A DNA stretch of 64,000 bases, taken from Candidatus Micrarchaeota archaeon (GTDB lineage: Archaea; Micrarchaeota; Micrarchaeia; Anstonellales; Bilamarchaeaceae). The notes beneath the pieces are model-generated. The model made no database searches and was not told where the DNA came from. It saw only the letters and a program-made list of their open reading frames with translations. Within the stretch, counting starts at the first letter, position 1. Every line of letters begins with the position of its first letter. The stretch spans positions 634 to 64,633 of the forward strand of contig CAYSWK010000002.1 of assembly GCA_964434735.1 (NCBI GenBank), read 5' to 3'. Both the position numbers and the translations under genes were made by a program. Positions 39,307 through 48,839 of this stretch are shown here, piece after piece.

Positions 39307-42300
39307 TTACATCTTTGCTTTAAGACCTAACTTTTCCCTAAGCGCAGACACGTCCGTACGATGTGGCGCTGCTGGAAGCGATCCTTGGTCTGCACAAGAT
39401 ACGCTAAAGCCCTTGGCTGTTGCGCTTGATTTGAATTTATCAAGAAGCTTTTGCCAGGTTGTGTCTCCCTCCTGTGCCTTAACGTCTTTGCATGCGCCAA
39501 GCTGTTCCTTAAGCGCTACTGCTACTTTCTGTCCCGGGGTAGGCGTAATGTCGGGCGTGTTCTCTACATAATATTTAGTTTCTGCGGGTCCGAGTCGTTC
39601 AAGTGCATTCAACGCATTAACAACTGCCCGTGAATCATCGGTACCGTCGTTTGGTGTTGCACCATTGAAAAGTGCAAGGAGACCATTAACTAAAACTGAC
39701 CGTGAAGGAGGCGTAGGATTAAGAATCGAAGAAAGTCTTGCTTCCACATAAGAACTGAATTCAGCGTACCAATCTTGAGAATCAAATAACGGAGGTGCTG
39801 CATTTACTGCGGTTTTTTGAACTTTAGTTCCGGTAAACCGTGAAACGAAAAAGTCAACTCGTGCTTCGTTTGAAGACAATTCCCGTATCATATCTGCAAG
39901 TACGCTTGGTCCATCACGTTCATACGTGCTTGTCGTAACTTTCCAGAATACGCGCGTGTCCTTATGAGTTTCAAGTGTTCCAATTGTGTTTGGGCTTTCC
40001 GCCACAATCGTATCGTAAAGAAGAACGTGTGCACGTGCAAACATCTCTTCAAAAGTATCCTTAGGTAACCTGTTGATCGAACGAACTGCTTCGCGGTATC
40101 CTTCTATGTCCCAGACACCATCAATGTTTCGTGAACGTCCCCGTACAATTGCATCTTCAGGAATGTTCACATCGGGTGCTTTGCCAGCAGCAAGCATTTC
40201 GGATGTTGGTGGAACCGTGGCAGTAGTTGCCCCCTCTTGAAGCATCCACTCTGCGTGTGCAACTTCTATCCTGCCCCACAAGACGCCCCTGCGATGCCTT
40301 TGAATTTCAGGAACAATGCCTGATGCCTCACGAGTTACTTGTTCGTATAATTCCGAATCATACCTTGCAAATTCTGCCGATCCAATAGCGTGGGGATTGC
40401 TTGTAATTCTATCAAACACCATCTCAACCGTCCATGGTACGAGTGTACGGTCAATCGGAGTAAGCATTGGTGCAATTTCCCCGCGTACTGCCTCTGATGC
40501 ACGTTCAAGTGCACCTTCAAGCCATGCCGGTTTTGGACCGTGCAATTCCGACGTGTTAGTTACGAGTAAATCAAAAACTTCCTGACCCCAGGTGGTACGA
40601 ATCGTATCAAGCATTGATACGTATTTCTCATAAGGTGCACGATCGAGTTGGTCTGACTTTTCAAGCACAACCTGCATGAAAAAATCCCTACGTGCTGCTA
40701 CAAACGCTTTTACCTGAGCAGGGTTAGGTGATGCTGGCTCGCAATCACGTACTTCTGAGATAGAAGTGCATGCGAGTAATTGTGTTTGATAAACAGATGC
40801 CCAGTAGATAGTAACTACCTCTTCGATTCGTTGCCATTGCATTGCTGCATTAGCGTTCTTTTTGATTTCGACTACGGCGTCTGGTGATTTACTAAAATCC
40901 CCATATACTTCCCGTTCGTAACGTGTTACGTGATTTGAACCGCGGGGATTCGGGTTTTCACGCATAGCTCGAAGGAAGGAACCAACAGAATATGCTGAAA
41001 TGGAAGGTGGAATATACTCTGGTTCTTCAGGTGCTGGAGCAACAGATCCTTGTCCACCTGTTACGGCAACTGAACGAAGTGCTTCTGCACGTGCACGATC
41101 ACGATCCGCATCATGATTTCCCGGATGGATCGCTTCTCTATCGACACGTTGCGCGGCTGCAGAGGCGCGGTTTGCAACTTCACGTTCCCGATCTAATCGT
41201 TCAAACTCGGCCTGTTCGAAGGGTGAAAGATCATCTCCGCCAGAACGGGATGCTGAAGGCTTAGGGCTAAAAGATGCCCGTGCAGGTTGTGGTGCAAGAG
41301 GTTGCGGCAATTCACGTGGAGTAGACGTACCTGCGGGACCCCGTCCAGGAACAGTATCTCCTAAAATAGGTCTTTCGGGTGCACCAGGTGCTACTGAACC
41401 ATCTCCATGGCGTGGAGGGATCAGAACAGGAATTACTCCGGGACGCGCCGTAGCATGAAGTGGTGAACGTGGTGCGGGTTGAGGCGATGGAAGACCGCCA
41501 AGAAGGCCTTGCTGCGTAGAACCATCTGCACTGACATCTGCAGAAGAAATCACAAGTTTTGGCATTTCACTTCTTCGTGTAACCGGTGCACCTTCAGATG
41601 CGATTCCTTCACCAAGAAGCGCGCTTGGAACCGATGCTCCGGGTGATTGGGAAAGGTTAATGCCTCGTTCTTCTGCAACGACACGTACCGTTTCACGAAT
41701 AGGGTTCCAGTTTTCAGCTGAATCCGCTTCAATCTGGCGAAGAACAGATTCGGGCGATTGTGCAAGAATGGTTCGAACGTTCGGCAGGAACTGTGCATCG
41801 TTTGCAAGCAATGCTGCCGCATTTGTTCCTATAGATGGGTCAACGGCTCCAGGAGAATTACGAATTCGCTGTGCAGTGAAACGTCCAACTGATAAAACAC
41901 GAAGTGCTTCAAGTGCTTCACCTTCATCAAGAGAATTTCCGGCACGTGCCTTTGCAAGAGTAAGAAGAATATTTGAGGCCGGTTGATGTACAAGTTCCGG
42001 CTCAGGACCTTCTTCAACTACAGCTACGGGTTGCGCAGTACCGTTTGCTCGGTCTACAGGTTGCAATAAAGCAAGTGCGCCTGCATCAAATTCAAATGCA
42101 CGAGAATCATCAACACGAATGACAGCTTCTGCAATCGCATCGCTAGCAGCAGATTCAGGTGAAAGTACCGCATCGGGCGTTCCAACTACTATAGGTCCCG
42201 TAGGACGCTCGGGTTTTTCAGATGATTCTGGCGCTTCTGCTGGAGAAGCTACTACAGGAGGAAGCCCCACATCTTCACCAAGATCCGCAAAAGAAGTTTC

Positions 42301-42759
42301 ACTAGAACCAAACGGAGATTCGCTTTGAGGAGTTTCATTGACAAATATCTCTAAAGGATCATCCTCAGCTACTGCACTTGCGCGTGCCGCTTTTGCGCCT
42401 GGAGTAAGTGGGCCATCATATTCGTCACCAACATCTGGAATCTCCTCATCCGCAGTCATTTGTGCAATTTTCTTAAGATCTTTCTCGACACTCTCTCTTG
42501 TAAGTGGCGGAGGTTCAACTCCGGCAGGCGGAGGCGTTAATGGTGATTTTTGTGGAGATGCAACAGGTGGTGCTGCGGGTTCCGCTTGAACTTCAGGTGC
42601 TTCTTGAGCAGCTTCAACAACAGGTGCAGGAACTTCCGCTTGAGCTACAACTGGCGCAAGGGTTTGCGCGACTGCCTTTTTTGCCTTCATTCTTTCAAGA
42701 AGTGCCCTTGCCTTTTCCGCTGCGGTTTGTGCGTTTGTTGGTTCTGCCATAAACATCAT
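39307..42759 (-). CDS. ORFan protein (1150 aa) with Pro/Ala-rich low-complexity N-terminus
   Basis: uninterrupted 3.45-kb ORF; N-terminal AEKARALLERMKAKKAVAQTLAPVVAQAEVPAPVVEAAQEAPEVQAEPAAPPVASP; no recognisable catalytic motif; 9 nt downstream of 42769-44139 (operon). Confidence 0.55.
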   Translation of the reverse strand: MMFMAEPTNAQTAAEKARALLERMKAKKAVAQTLAPVVAQAEVPAPVVEAAQEAPEVQAEPAAPPVASPQKSPLTPPPAGVEPPPLTRESVEKDLKKIAQMTADEEIPDVGDEYDGPLTPGAKAARASAVAEDDPLEIFVNETPQSESPFGSSETSFADLGEDVGLPPVVASPAEAPESSEKPERPTGPIVVGTPDAVLSPESAASDAIAEAVIRVDDSRAFEFDAGALALLQPVDRANGTAQPVAVVEEGPEPELVHQPASNILLTLAKARAGNSLDEGEALEALRVLSVGRFTAQRIRNSPGAVDPSIGTNAAALLANDAQFLPNVRTILAQSPESVLRQIEADSAENWNPIRETVRVVAEERGINLSQSPGASVPSALLGEGIASEGAPVTRRSEMPKLVISSADVSADGSTQQGLLGGLPSPQPAPRSPLHATARPGVIPVLIPPRHGDGSVAPGAPERPILGDTVPGRGPAGTSTPRELPQPLAPQPARASFSPKPSASRSGGDDLSPFEQAEFERLDREREVANRASAAAQRVDREAIHPGNHDADRDRARAEALRSVAVTGGQGSVAPAPEEPEYIPPSISAYSVGSFLRAMRENPNPRGSNHVTRYEREVYGDFSKSPDAVVEIKKNANAAMQWQRIEEVVTIYWASVYQTQLLACTSISEVRDCEPASPNPAQVKAFVAARRDFFMQVVLEKSDQLDRAPYEKYVSMLDTIRTTWGQEVFDLLVTNTSELHGPKPAWLEGALERASEAVRGEIAPMLTPIDRTLVPWTVEMVFDRITSNPHAIGSAEFARYDSELYEQVTREASGIVPEIQRHRRGVLWGRIEVAHAEWMLQEGATTATVPPTSEMLAAGKAPDVNIPEDAIVRGRSRNIDGVWDIEGYREAVRSINRLPKDTFEEMFARAHVLLYDTIVAESPNTIGTLETHKDTRVFWKVTTSTYERDGPSVLADMIRELSSNEARVDFFVSRFTGTKVQKTAVNAAPPLFDSQDWYAEFSSYVEARLSSILNPTPPSRSVLVNGLLALFNGATPNDGTDDSRAVVNALNALERLGPAETKYYVENTPDITPTPGQKVAVALKEQLGACKDVKAQEGDTTWQKLLDKFKSSATAKGFSVSCADQGSLPAAPHRTDVSALREKLGLKAKM

Positions 42760-42768
42760 CTATTGAAA

Positions 42769-44139
42769 TTATGCTTCAGTCTCAAGTACCTGAGCGATTG
42801 CGTTGACCGTCTCAAGCAATTCGATTACACTTACATCGGTTGACCCGTTTGAATTTGCCTTAATTTCTGCAATTATTGCGCGTGCGCCTGCAGGATCAGA
42901 GTCAACCAATTCCGTAAGCTGCTCAACTGCCCGTGCAAGATCATATGCTTTTTCAGCAGGTGTTTCAACCTCTGCTGGTGCGCGAGCTCCTAACTCTTCT
43001 GGTTCTTCTTCTACAGCTTCTGGCCCTACCCTGACAGGCGCAACAGGTGCCAATACTTTCGATTCGGCTTCTTCAACAGAAACCTCGCCAGGTGCGGATT
43101 TAGGAGTTAGTGAATTCCCCCAAATTCCCGCAATATCGATAATGCCATCATCATCTTCACGTGTAAGTCTGGATACGACGGGAACCGAGTCGCCTGACAA
43201 CTCATCAAGATCAAAAAGAACAATGTCATCGTCGCGTGCATTAACCTGAGGTTGTGAATAATCAATTGCCGCATTAAGGCTTTTCAAAAACTCTCCTACG
43301 CCCGTTGCCAATGCAACATGCGCTTGTGCAACAGAATTGATTTGTGTAAACAACGCCGTTGCAGAAGAAACGTACTCATCAACTGAATGAAGGAACGCAT
43401 TGATCCGTTCAATCGATTCATTCATTGCACTAAGTTGTGTGCCGACTTCACCTGTTTTGTACGTGCCACGTGCAGAATCAAAAACAGAAGTAAATTCTCC
43501 AAGTACTTCACGAAGGCACGAAGCATGCGCCTCATAGGTTAAAATGATGTTGAATGTTCTGCCTGTTTGCCCTTCCATTGAAACCCGAGCCAAGTCTCCA
43601 GCTGCAAGTCCAATCGAACCGTTACGCAAAGTTTCAGCAGTATTAATAAATCGTGCAAGAGGCTCTTTTGCCAAATCAAGCATGCCAAAAAATGCTTCAA
43701 GATTTTCCTGGGGAGTTGAAATATCGCCTACAAGCCGAGACGTGCCTTCCATAAGAGAAAGCCTGTTTGCATCCATTGCTAAAAGTGCCTCAGTCACAGG
43801 AGCAAACGAACCTTTCAAAAGACGGTTGGAAACGTCAGCTGAAACCTCATTTAAAACCAGGTCAAGCGCCTCAACTTGCGCATAAAAAGGAAGAAGAGGC
43901 GCAAAATCCTCACCCAACGCCCTCTTGATAGGGGCAACAAGTTCTGAAAATAAAGCAACGCCCTCAAGCTTTGGGCGGGCATCAAGCCCTTCGGTTGAAA
44001 CAGAAGAAGGGAATACTCGATCCCTATGTAAAACGAACGCATCCCGTGCACGGGCAGCTTCTGCCGTAACGGTTTGCTGGTATCTGAGGACTTTGCCATA
44101 CTCGGATCGTGCGTGTGCGAGACTCATAGTATCAACCAA
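42769..44139 (-). CDS. ORFan acidic protein (456 aa)
   Basis: first gene of the four-gene same-strand block; Asp/Glu-rich C-terminal third; no motif recognised. Confidence 0.5.
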   Translation of the reverse strand: MVDTMSLAHARSEYGKVLRYQQTVTAEAARARDAFVLHRDRVFPSSVSTEGLDARPKLEGVALFSELVAPIKRALGEDFAPLLPFYAQVEALDLVLNEVSADVSNRLLKGSFAPVTEALLAMDANRLSLMEGTSRLVGDISTPQENLEAFFGMLDLAKEPLARFINTAETLRNGSIGLAAGDLARVSMEGQTGRTFNIILTYEAHASCLREVLGEFTSVFDSARGTYKTGEVGTQLSAMNESIERINAFLHSVDEYVSSATALFTQINSVAQAHVALATGVGEFLKSLNAAIDYSQPQVNARDDDIVLFDLDELSGDSVPVVSRLTREDDDGIIDIAGIWGNSLTPKSAPGEVSVEEAESKVLAPVAPVRVGPEAVEEEPEELGARAPAEVETPAEKAYDLARAVEQLTELVDSDPAGARAIIAEIKANSNGSTDVSVIELLETVNAIAQVLETEA

Positions 44140-44300
44140 TAATTATTAGTTATGGATATTTGTGTATAAACATCTATTTAAATGTTTGTACAAGAGACAA
44201 GAAGTGGTTTTGCTAGAACTAGGCCCTCCCTCTCTCTCATAAAAATGAATGTATAAAAGCGTTTAAAAGTGTGTGTCTCTGGGCTAAAAATGAGTAGGGG

Positions 44301-44774
44301 TTATCTCCCGATTCCAATATTCCCATGATTGCGGACAACAATGGTCCGAAGATGGTATGCCTGGAGCCTGCGCTTAAGGTCGATATCGTTCGTTGCAACA
44401 AACGCACGGTGCGCTGCTGCATATTCAACAATCCAGTCATCGGCATTCTTAAGCGTTTTTTCATACTTAATATTTTTTGAATGAATTTCGATGAGTTTAA
44501 GCCCAAACCTGGCAGCAATCCCGTTCTTACTCGGGCGCTTTGCAAGCCGTGTGAGTTCCCTTTTGATAGGTGTTGAAATGACGAAAATATGCGCCTCGTT
44601 AAGCAATCGCTCAATGCTTGCAAAAATATCCATCTTGAACTGTACGGGTACAAGCCAAAAATTAGTATCTATGATGACAAGCTTGCGTGCGCCCGTCTCT
44701 CCTTCAAACCATTGCGTCTTTTCCACATAAAAAAGATGCCTCAAAGGGCTTTTAATAAGAGCTGTCGCAATCAA
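44301..44774 (-). CDS. PIN-domain protein
   Basis: KLVIIDTNFWLVPVQF ... VATNDIDLKRRL: acidic residues in PIN-like positions. Confidence 0.45.
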   Translation of the reverse strand: MIATALIKSPLRHLFYVEKTQWFEGETGARKLVIIDTNFWLVPVQFKMDIFASIERLLNEAHIFVISTPIKRELTRLAKRPSKNGIAARFGLKLIEIHSKNIKYEKTLKNADDWIVEYAAAHRAFVATNDIDLKRRLQAYHLRTIVVRNHGNIGIGR

Positions 44775-44777
44775 ACC

Positions 44778-45725
44778 ATGCGTGCATTATACCGTGGTGA
44801 GGAATTCGACCCCAATTTCTATTATTACTCCCAGGTAGATATCGATCATTCCTGGTACCTTGAAAGCAAAGGCGAACGGATACTTCTCACCTCAGAAATG
44901 AACAAGGAGCGTGCACATGAGGAATTCAAGGGAAAAATTATTACCTACAAAACGCGCGCTGAAATTGAAAAAATATTCAAGGGAAAAACGATAGAAGTTG
45001 ATTTGCAATCCTTAAGCGCGTCAACATATCTTGCACTTTCAAAATGGGGCAAAGTAAAAGACGTTTCAAAAGAACTTGAAAACCAACGAAGAGTCAAAAC
45101 GCAAACAGAACAAAAAATAATAAAAAAGGCAGCGATTGTATCTCAAAAAATCCTTGACAAGCTGGACCCGTTCCAATTCAAAACGGAAAAAGAAGTCCAC
45201 AACTGGCTTTTGATGGAAACGCTTAAGGTTGGGGCAAAACCTGCGTATGATCCGATTGTTGCTGCCGACAAAAATTCTCGTTTCCCGCATTACCATGCGC
45301 AAGATACGCCGATAAAGGATTGGGTGCTTATAGATTATGCCGTTGCGATAGACTATTATGCAAGCGATTTGACCCGATGCTATTCACGTAAAGAACGCTC
45401 AAAGGAACAGGAAAGCTATGAAACGATGAAAAGAATTTTCAACGAACTAGTGGACACAATCCCTTCCTGCAAGACGGGGGCAGAACTTGCGGAAATACAA
45501 GAACAAGTATATAGAAAGCACAAGCTGCCCCCCCTTATCCATTCAGTAGGCCACGGAGTAGGCCTTGAAGTGCATGAACTCCCACGATTATCAAAGCGGT
45601 TCAACGACCCATTGGCAGGCTCAATACTTGCGATCGAACCTGCAACATACACCAAACAATTTGGCGTACGCTTTGAAAATACGCTATACGTCGGCAAAAC
45701 AATTGAGATATACGCAACCAACTAA
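44778..45725 (+). CDS. M24-family metallopeptidase (Xaa-Pro dipeptidase/aminopeptidase-like)
   Basis: pita-bread fold motifs IDYAVAIDYYASDLTR, HSVGHGVGLEVHELP, ILAIEP; start moved to ATG 44778 (MRALYRG). Confidence 0.75.
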   Translation: MRALYRGEEFDPNFYYYSQVDIDHSWYLESKGERILLTSEMNKERAHEEFKGKIITYKTRAEIEKIFKGKTIEVDLQSLSASTYLALSKWGKVKDVSKELENQRRVKTQTEQKIIKKAAIVSQKILDKLDPFQFKTEKEVHNWLLMETLKVGAKPAYDPIVAADKNSRFPHYHAQDTPIKDWVLIDYAVAIDYYASDLTRCYSRKERSKEQESYETMKRIFNELVDTIPSCKTGAELAEIQEQVYRKHKLPPLIHSVGHGVGLEVHELPRLSKRFNDPLAGSILAIEPATYTKQFGVRFENTLYVGKTIEIYATN

Positions 45726-45784
45726 AGATCAAACTTTTTACCGGATCTGGATATGTTCATAAATAACACGGGTGTAGGAATAGT

Positions 45785-46255
45785 ATGGAACTAATTGGAG
45801 TAGGAATTATGGCCGGCGCGTTAATCGGCCTTGGCATCTACGGAATTATTGTCCATAAAAATATCGTCGCTGGGAAAAAAGAGCTTGAAAAAATCACTGA
45901 AGAAATTGAACAATCGCTTTCACATGAAGAATCCCAGTGGGTTTCCCTTATGCCCATTCTTCGAAGGAACAGCTCCAATGCAATAATTATTGAGAACGTC
46001 ACGAAAGCACGGGCAAACCTGCACGGAGGGGAAGAATCAACCCGCGTTGCCCAAACCTATGCTTTCTTTGAAGCGGCATACGCGTTTTTTTCAACACAAT
46101 CAGGATTTGAAACGGCAGTAAAGAAAAAAATCACGGATTCCCATGAAAAAGTAAGGCTTCTAAAAACAAAGTATGATGCTGTGCTTAAACAGTACGAGCG
46201 CAATACGAATACCCCTCTTGGTAAACTTATGCAAGCAAAAACCAGTACCAAATAG
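45785..46255 (+). CDS. membrane-anchored coiled-coil protein
   Basis: N-terminal TM LIGVGIMAGALIGLGIYGIIV then charged helical region. Confidence 0.35.
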   Translation: MELIGVGIMAGALIGLGIYGIIVHKNIVAGKKELEKITEEIEQSLSHEESQWVSLMPILRRNSSNAIIIENVTKARANLHGGEESTRVAQTYAFFEAAYAFFSTQSGFETAVKKKITDSHEKVRLLKTKYDAVLKQYERNTNTPLGKLMQAKTSTK

Positions 46256-46306
46256 GAAAAAATAAAATCAAAACCTTCTTATAGTTTGCAAATCACATAA
46301 AATTGC

Positions 46307-47191
46307 ATGGTTGCCGCGCCAGAAAAACAAGAGTCTTTTTCACTAACTGATGAGTTATACTACCGGCTAGTTTGCAACGGGTTTGAACCTGCATTTGAAT
46401 GGTATGCCTCACAAGCAAACCGCTGTCCGCTTTTTCCCCTATTTAAGGTCGATGAAATACTCAAGCGGGCCATGAACAGCACGGAAAATAAAGTAGTGCA
46501 TGGCAATTTCCAAATAACCAAGGAACGTAGAATGGAGCTTGCAGGAAAACTGCATGAATACGTTGCAGCGCTCCCAAAACAAAAACAAAGCCAATTTGAG
46601 GAGATGCTCATACGCACTCCTGACCCCCACCGTTTGCAGTTCCTCAAAGGAACTATTTCAAAGCAGTATCTTTTACTTATTACAAATGCGCCTCTAGAAA
46701 ACTGCTGCCCCGGATGCGATGCGCTTCTTAAAGAGCCGGCAAATGAAAGTACGCCTGTTGAATTCAGGCAATCCGCCCCTATTTCTGAATCGCTCCTTAT
46801 GGAAAACACCGAATCGGAGCACAATAATAATTTGGTGGAAAACGTTGCGGAATTGCCACGCACCCCAAGCCTTGGATTTTTCAGATTCAACGAATCTCAA
46901 GAAAAACAAGCTAAAATACCTGTAATGCAAACAGATGCACCTCGCGTTCAAATGGAAAAAAACGAACCAATCCGCCAACAAACAAACCATTCCCTCCCCA
47001 ATACGATGAATACTCCCTTTGGGAACGCATATACGACGGGCGCATATGCCGGATCACGCATGAAAAAAAATAAAATAACCGTACAGAAAAAAAATGCTAC
47101 AAAAAGAAAAACGATACCTAAGGCAAAAATACGCACAAACACCACGAAAAAAAATACGCCAAAAAAAACAAGATTCAAAAAACGAAAATAG
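46307..47191 (+). CDS. hypothetical protein with extremely Lys-rich C-terminal tail
   Basis: C-terminus KKNKITVQKKNATKRKTIPKAKIRTNTTKKNTPKKTRFKKRK encoded by A-rich tract 47070-47190. Confidence 0.4.
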   Translation: MVAAPEKQESFSLTDELYYRLVCNGFEPAFEWYASQANRCPLFPLFKVDEILKRAMNSTENKVVHGNFQITKERRMELAGKLHEYVAALPKQKQSQFEEMLIRTPDPHRLQFLKGTISKQYLLLITNAPLENCCPGCDALLKEPANESTPVEFRQSAPISESLLMENTESEHNNNLVENVAELPRTPSLGFFRFNESQEKQAKIPVMQTDAPRVQMEKNEPIRQQTNHSLPNTMNTPFGNAYTTGAYAGSRMKKNKITVQKKNATKRKTIPKAKIRTNTTKKNTPKKTRFKKRK

Positions 47192-48199
47192 TTATTTCAT
47201 GAATCCGTCAAGCCGCCTCCTGTGCTTTACCTTTTCCTTTTTTGAAAGAAATGACGATTCAAACGAATTTCTTGAAATCAAAACTAACTGCTCATGCGTA
47301 AGATGAAGTGCCTTGGAAATTGCGTAGTAGTTGTCGCCAATATATCCGCCAAAATATGCAGGGTCATCTGAATTGATCGTCACGTTAAGCCCGTTTGCAA
47401 GCATGCGTACAAGAGGGTGTTGCTTAAGATCAGTTACAACACATAAGCGAAGGTTTGAAAGCGGGCAAATGGTAAGCGGAATTTTTTCTTTTGCCAATCT
47501 AGACACTAATTTTTTATCGTCCAATGCATGATTTCCATGGTCAATGCGACTTACCTTAAGCATATCAAGCGCTTCGTACACGTAACGAGCAGGACCTTCT
47601 TCTCCTGCATGTGCAACGGTTTTGAAACCTAATGCGCGTGCCTTTGCAAAAACCCGTTTGAATTTTGAAGGCGGGTTTCCTTTTTCCGATGAGTCAAGTC
47701 CCACGGCACAAATGAACTTCCTATAAGGCAAGGCTTCCTTAAGCGTTTCTAGTGCATCTTTTTCGTCAAGATGCCTCAAAAAGCACAAAATGAGTTTTGA
47801 AGAAATGCCAAATGACTTTTGCGCCTTTTTGCATGCACGCAAAATCCCCTTAATTGCCGTTTTGAAACTGACCCCGCGTGCCGTGTGGGTTTGGGGATCA
47901 AAGAAAATTTCCGCATGCATAACTCCTTGGGATTTTACTTTCTTAAAATACGCAAACGTCAAATCATAAAAATCCTGTTCCTTCAAAAGTACGGCACAAC
48001 CTGCGTAATACAAGTCAAGGAATTCCTGAAGATTTTTGAAATTGTATGCTTTTTTCAACGCAGAAACCGACGAATAAACAACCCGTACCTTATTTCTTTT
48101 TGCAAGTTTGAAAAGAAGTTCAGGCTCAAGCGTACCTTCAATATGGAGATGAAGCTCGGCCTTTGGAATTCGGTATGCAAACGATTTGGAAACGGCCAT
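47192..48199 (-). CDS. add: adenosine deaminase
   Basis: IPKAELHLHIEGTLEPELLFKLAKRN metal-binding HxH motif, INSDDPAYFGG C-terminal motif. Confidence 0.8.
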   Translation of the reverse strand: MAVSKSFAYRIPKAELHLHIEGTLEPELLFKLAKRNKVRVVYSSVSALKKAYNFKNLQEFLDLYYAGCAVLLKEQDFYDLTFAYFKKVKSQGVMHAEIFFDPQTHTARGVSFKTAIKGILRACKKAQKSFGISSKLILCFLRHLDEKDALETLKEALPYRKFICAVGLDSSEKGNPPSKFKRVFAKARALGFKTVAHAGEEGPARYVYEALDMLKVSRIDHGNHALDDKKLVSRLAKEKIPLTICPLSNLRLCVVTDLKQHPLVRMLANGLNVTINSDDPAYFGGYIGDNYYAISKALHLTHEQLVLISRNSFESSFLSKKEKVKHRRRLDGFMK

Positions 48200-48249
48200 A
48201 TCAACCCTAAGAAACGAATACTTATATTCCCTTTGCGAGTGAATAATCC

Positions 48250-48690
48250 ATGGCAGAAAAAGTACTCATTCTTTCAGGAAGCAAGTCAGATGCTGCAATT
48301 TGCGAGAAGGCACTTGCAACACTCAAGGAATTCGGCGTCGATGCAAAATACGAGGTTGCTTCGGCCCACCGACAGCCAGACAAAGTTGAAAAGTTGGTAC
48401 GAGAAAGTCCTGCAGATGTATTCATCTGTGCTGCAGGATTGTCCGCTGCACTCCCGGGAGTTGTTGCCGCACGAACCATCAAGCCCGTTATTGGGTTACC
48501 GATCAATGCAGCACTTGACGGGATGGATGCGTTGCTTTCGATTGCCCAAATGCCCCCTAATGTCCCAGTTGCGTGCGTAGGGATAGATAATGCAAAAAAC
48601 GCCGCCGTTTTGGCAGTCCAGATATTGGCAGTCAAAGACAAGGAACTTGCAAAGAAGCTCCATGATTTCAAGGAGAAAATGGCACTTTAA
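48250..48690 (+). CDS. purE: PurE-family N5-CAIR mutase
   Basis: KVLILSGSKSDAAICEKA...SAHRQPDKV...FICAAGLSAALPGVVAARTIKPVIGLP. Confidence 0.85.
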   Translation: MAEKVLILSGSKSDAAICEKALATLKEFGVDAKYEVASAHRQPDKVEKLVRESPADVFICAAGLSAALPGVVAARTIKPVIGLPINAALDGMDALLSIAQMPPNVPVACVGIDNAKNAAVLAVQILAVKDKELAKKLHDFKEKMAL

Positions 48691-48713
48691 TTTTCATTTT
48701 TATAAATAAAAAT

Positions 48714-48839
48714 TGCAAGGAGGCGGATTTGAACCGCCGAACACACTAAGTGACAGGATATCTTCGACTTTTTGATTAAACTTTTTTTCAAAAAGTTTAC
48801 TTAAGTCCTGCGCATTTAACCGGGCTTTGCTATCCTTGC
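48714..48839 (-). tRNA. tRNA-Leu(UAA) with ~41-nt intron between positions 37/38
   Basis: minus strand GCAAGGA TA GCA AAGCCCGGTTAAA TGC G CAGGA CTTAAG[intron TAAACTTTTTGAAAAAAAGTTTAATCAAAAAGTCGAAGAT]A TCCTG + 15-nt variable arm + GGCGG TTCAAAT CCGCC + TCCTTGC A; D-loop and long variable arm typical of class-II Leu tRNA. Confidence 0.65.

Noticed and set aside
34495-44139. Horizontal-transfer island inferred from elevated GC
   Set aside because: Sampled 100-nt stretches gave about 46-55% GC, against about 45-48% elsewhere. The difference is small and uneven, so I cannot support an HGT claim from composition alone.
34559-44149. Numerous plus-strand ORFs of 60-160 aa inside the four large minus-strand genes (e.g. 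35750-36232, 42803-43249, 42504-42843)
   Set aside because: They are antisense to long uninterrupted ORFs. They are compositionally biased (Ser/Ala/Gly-rich), as expected from the reverse complement of acidic or Pro-rich coding sequence.
44237-44653. 138-aa minus ORF overlapping the PIN-domain ORF in another frame
   Set aside because: The 157-aa frame (44301-44774) has PIN-like motifs and abuts the downstream M24 peptidase start sensibly. The alternative frame has no features.
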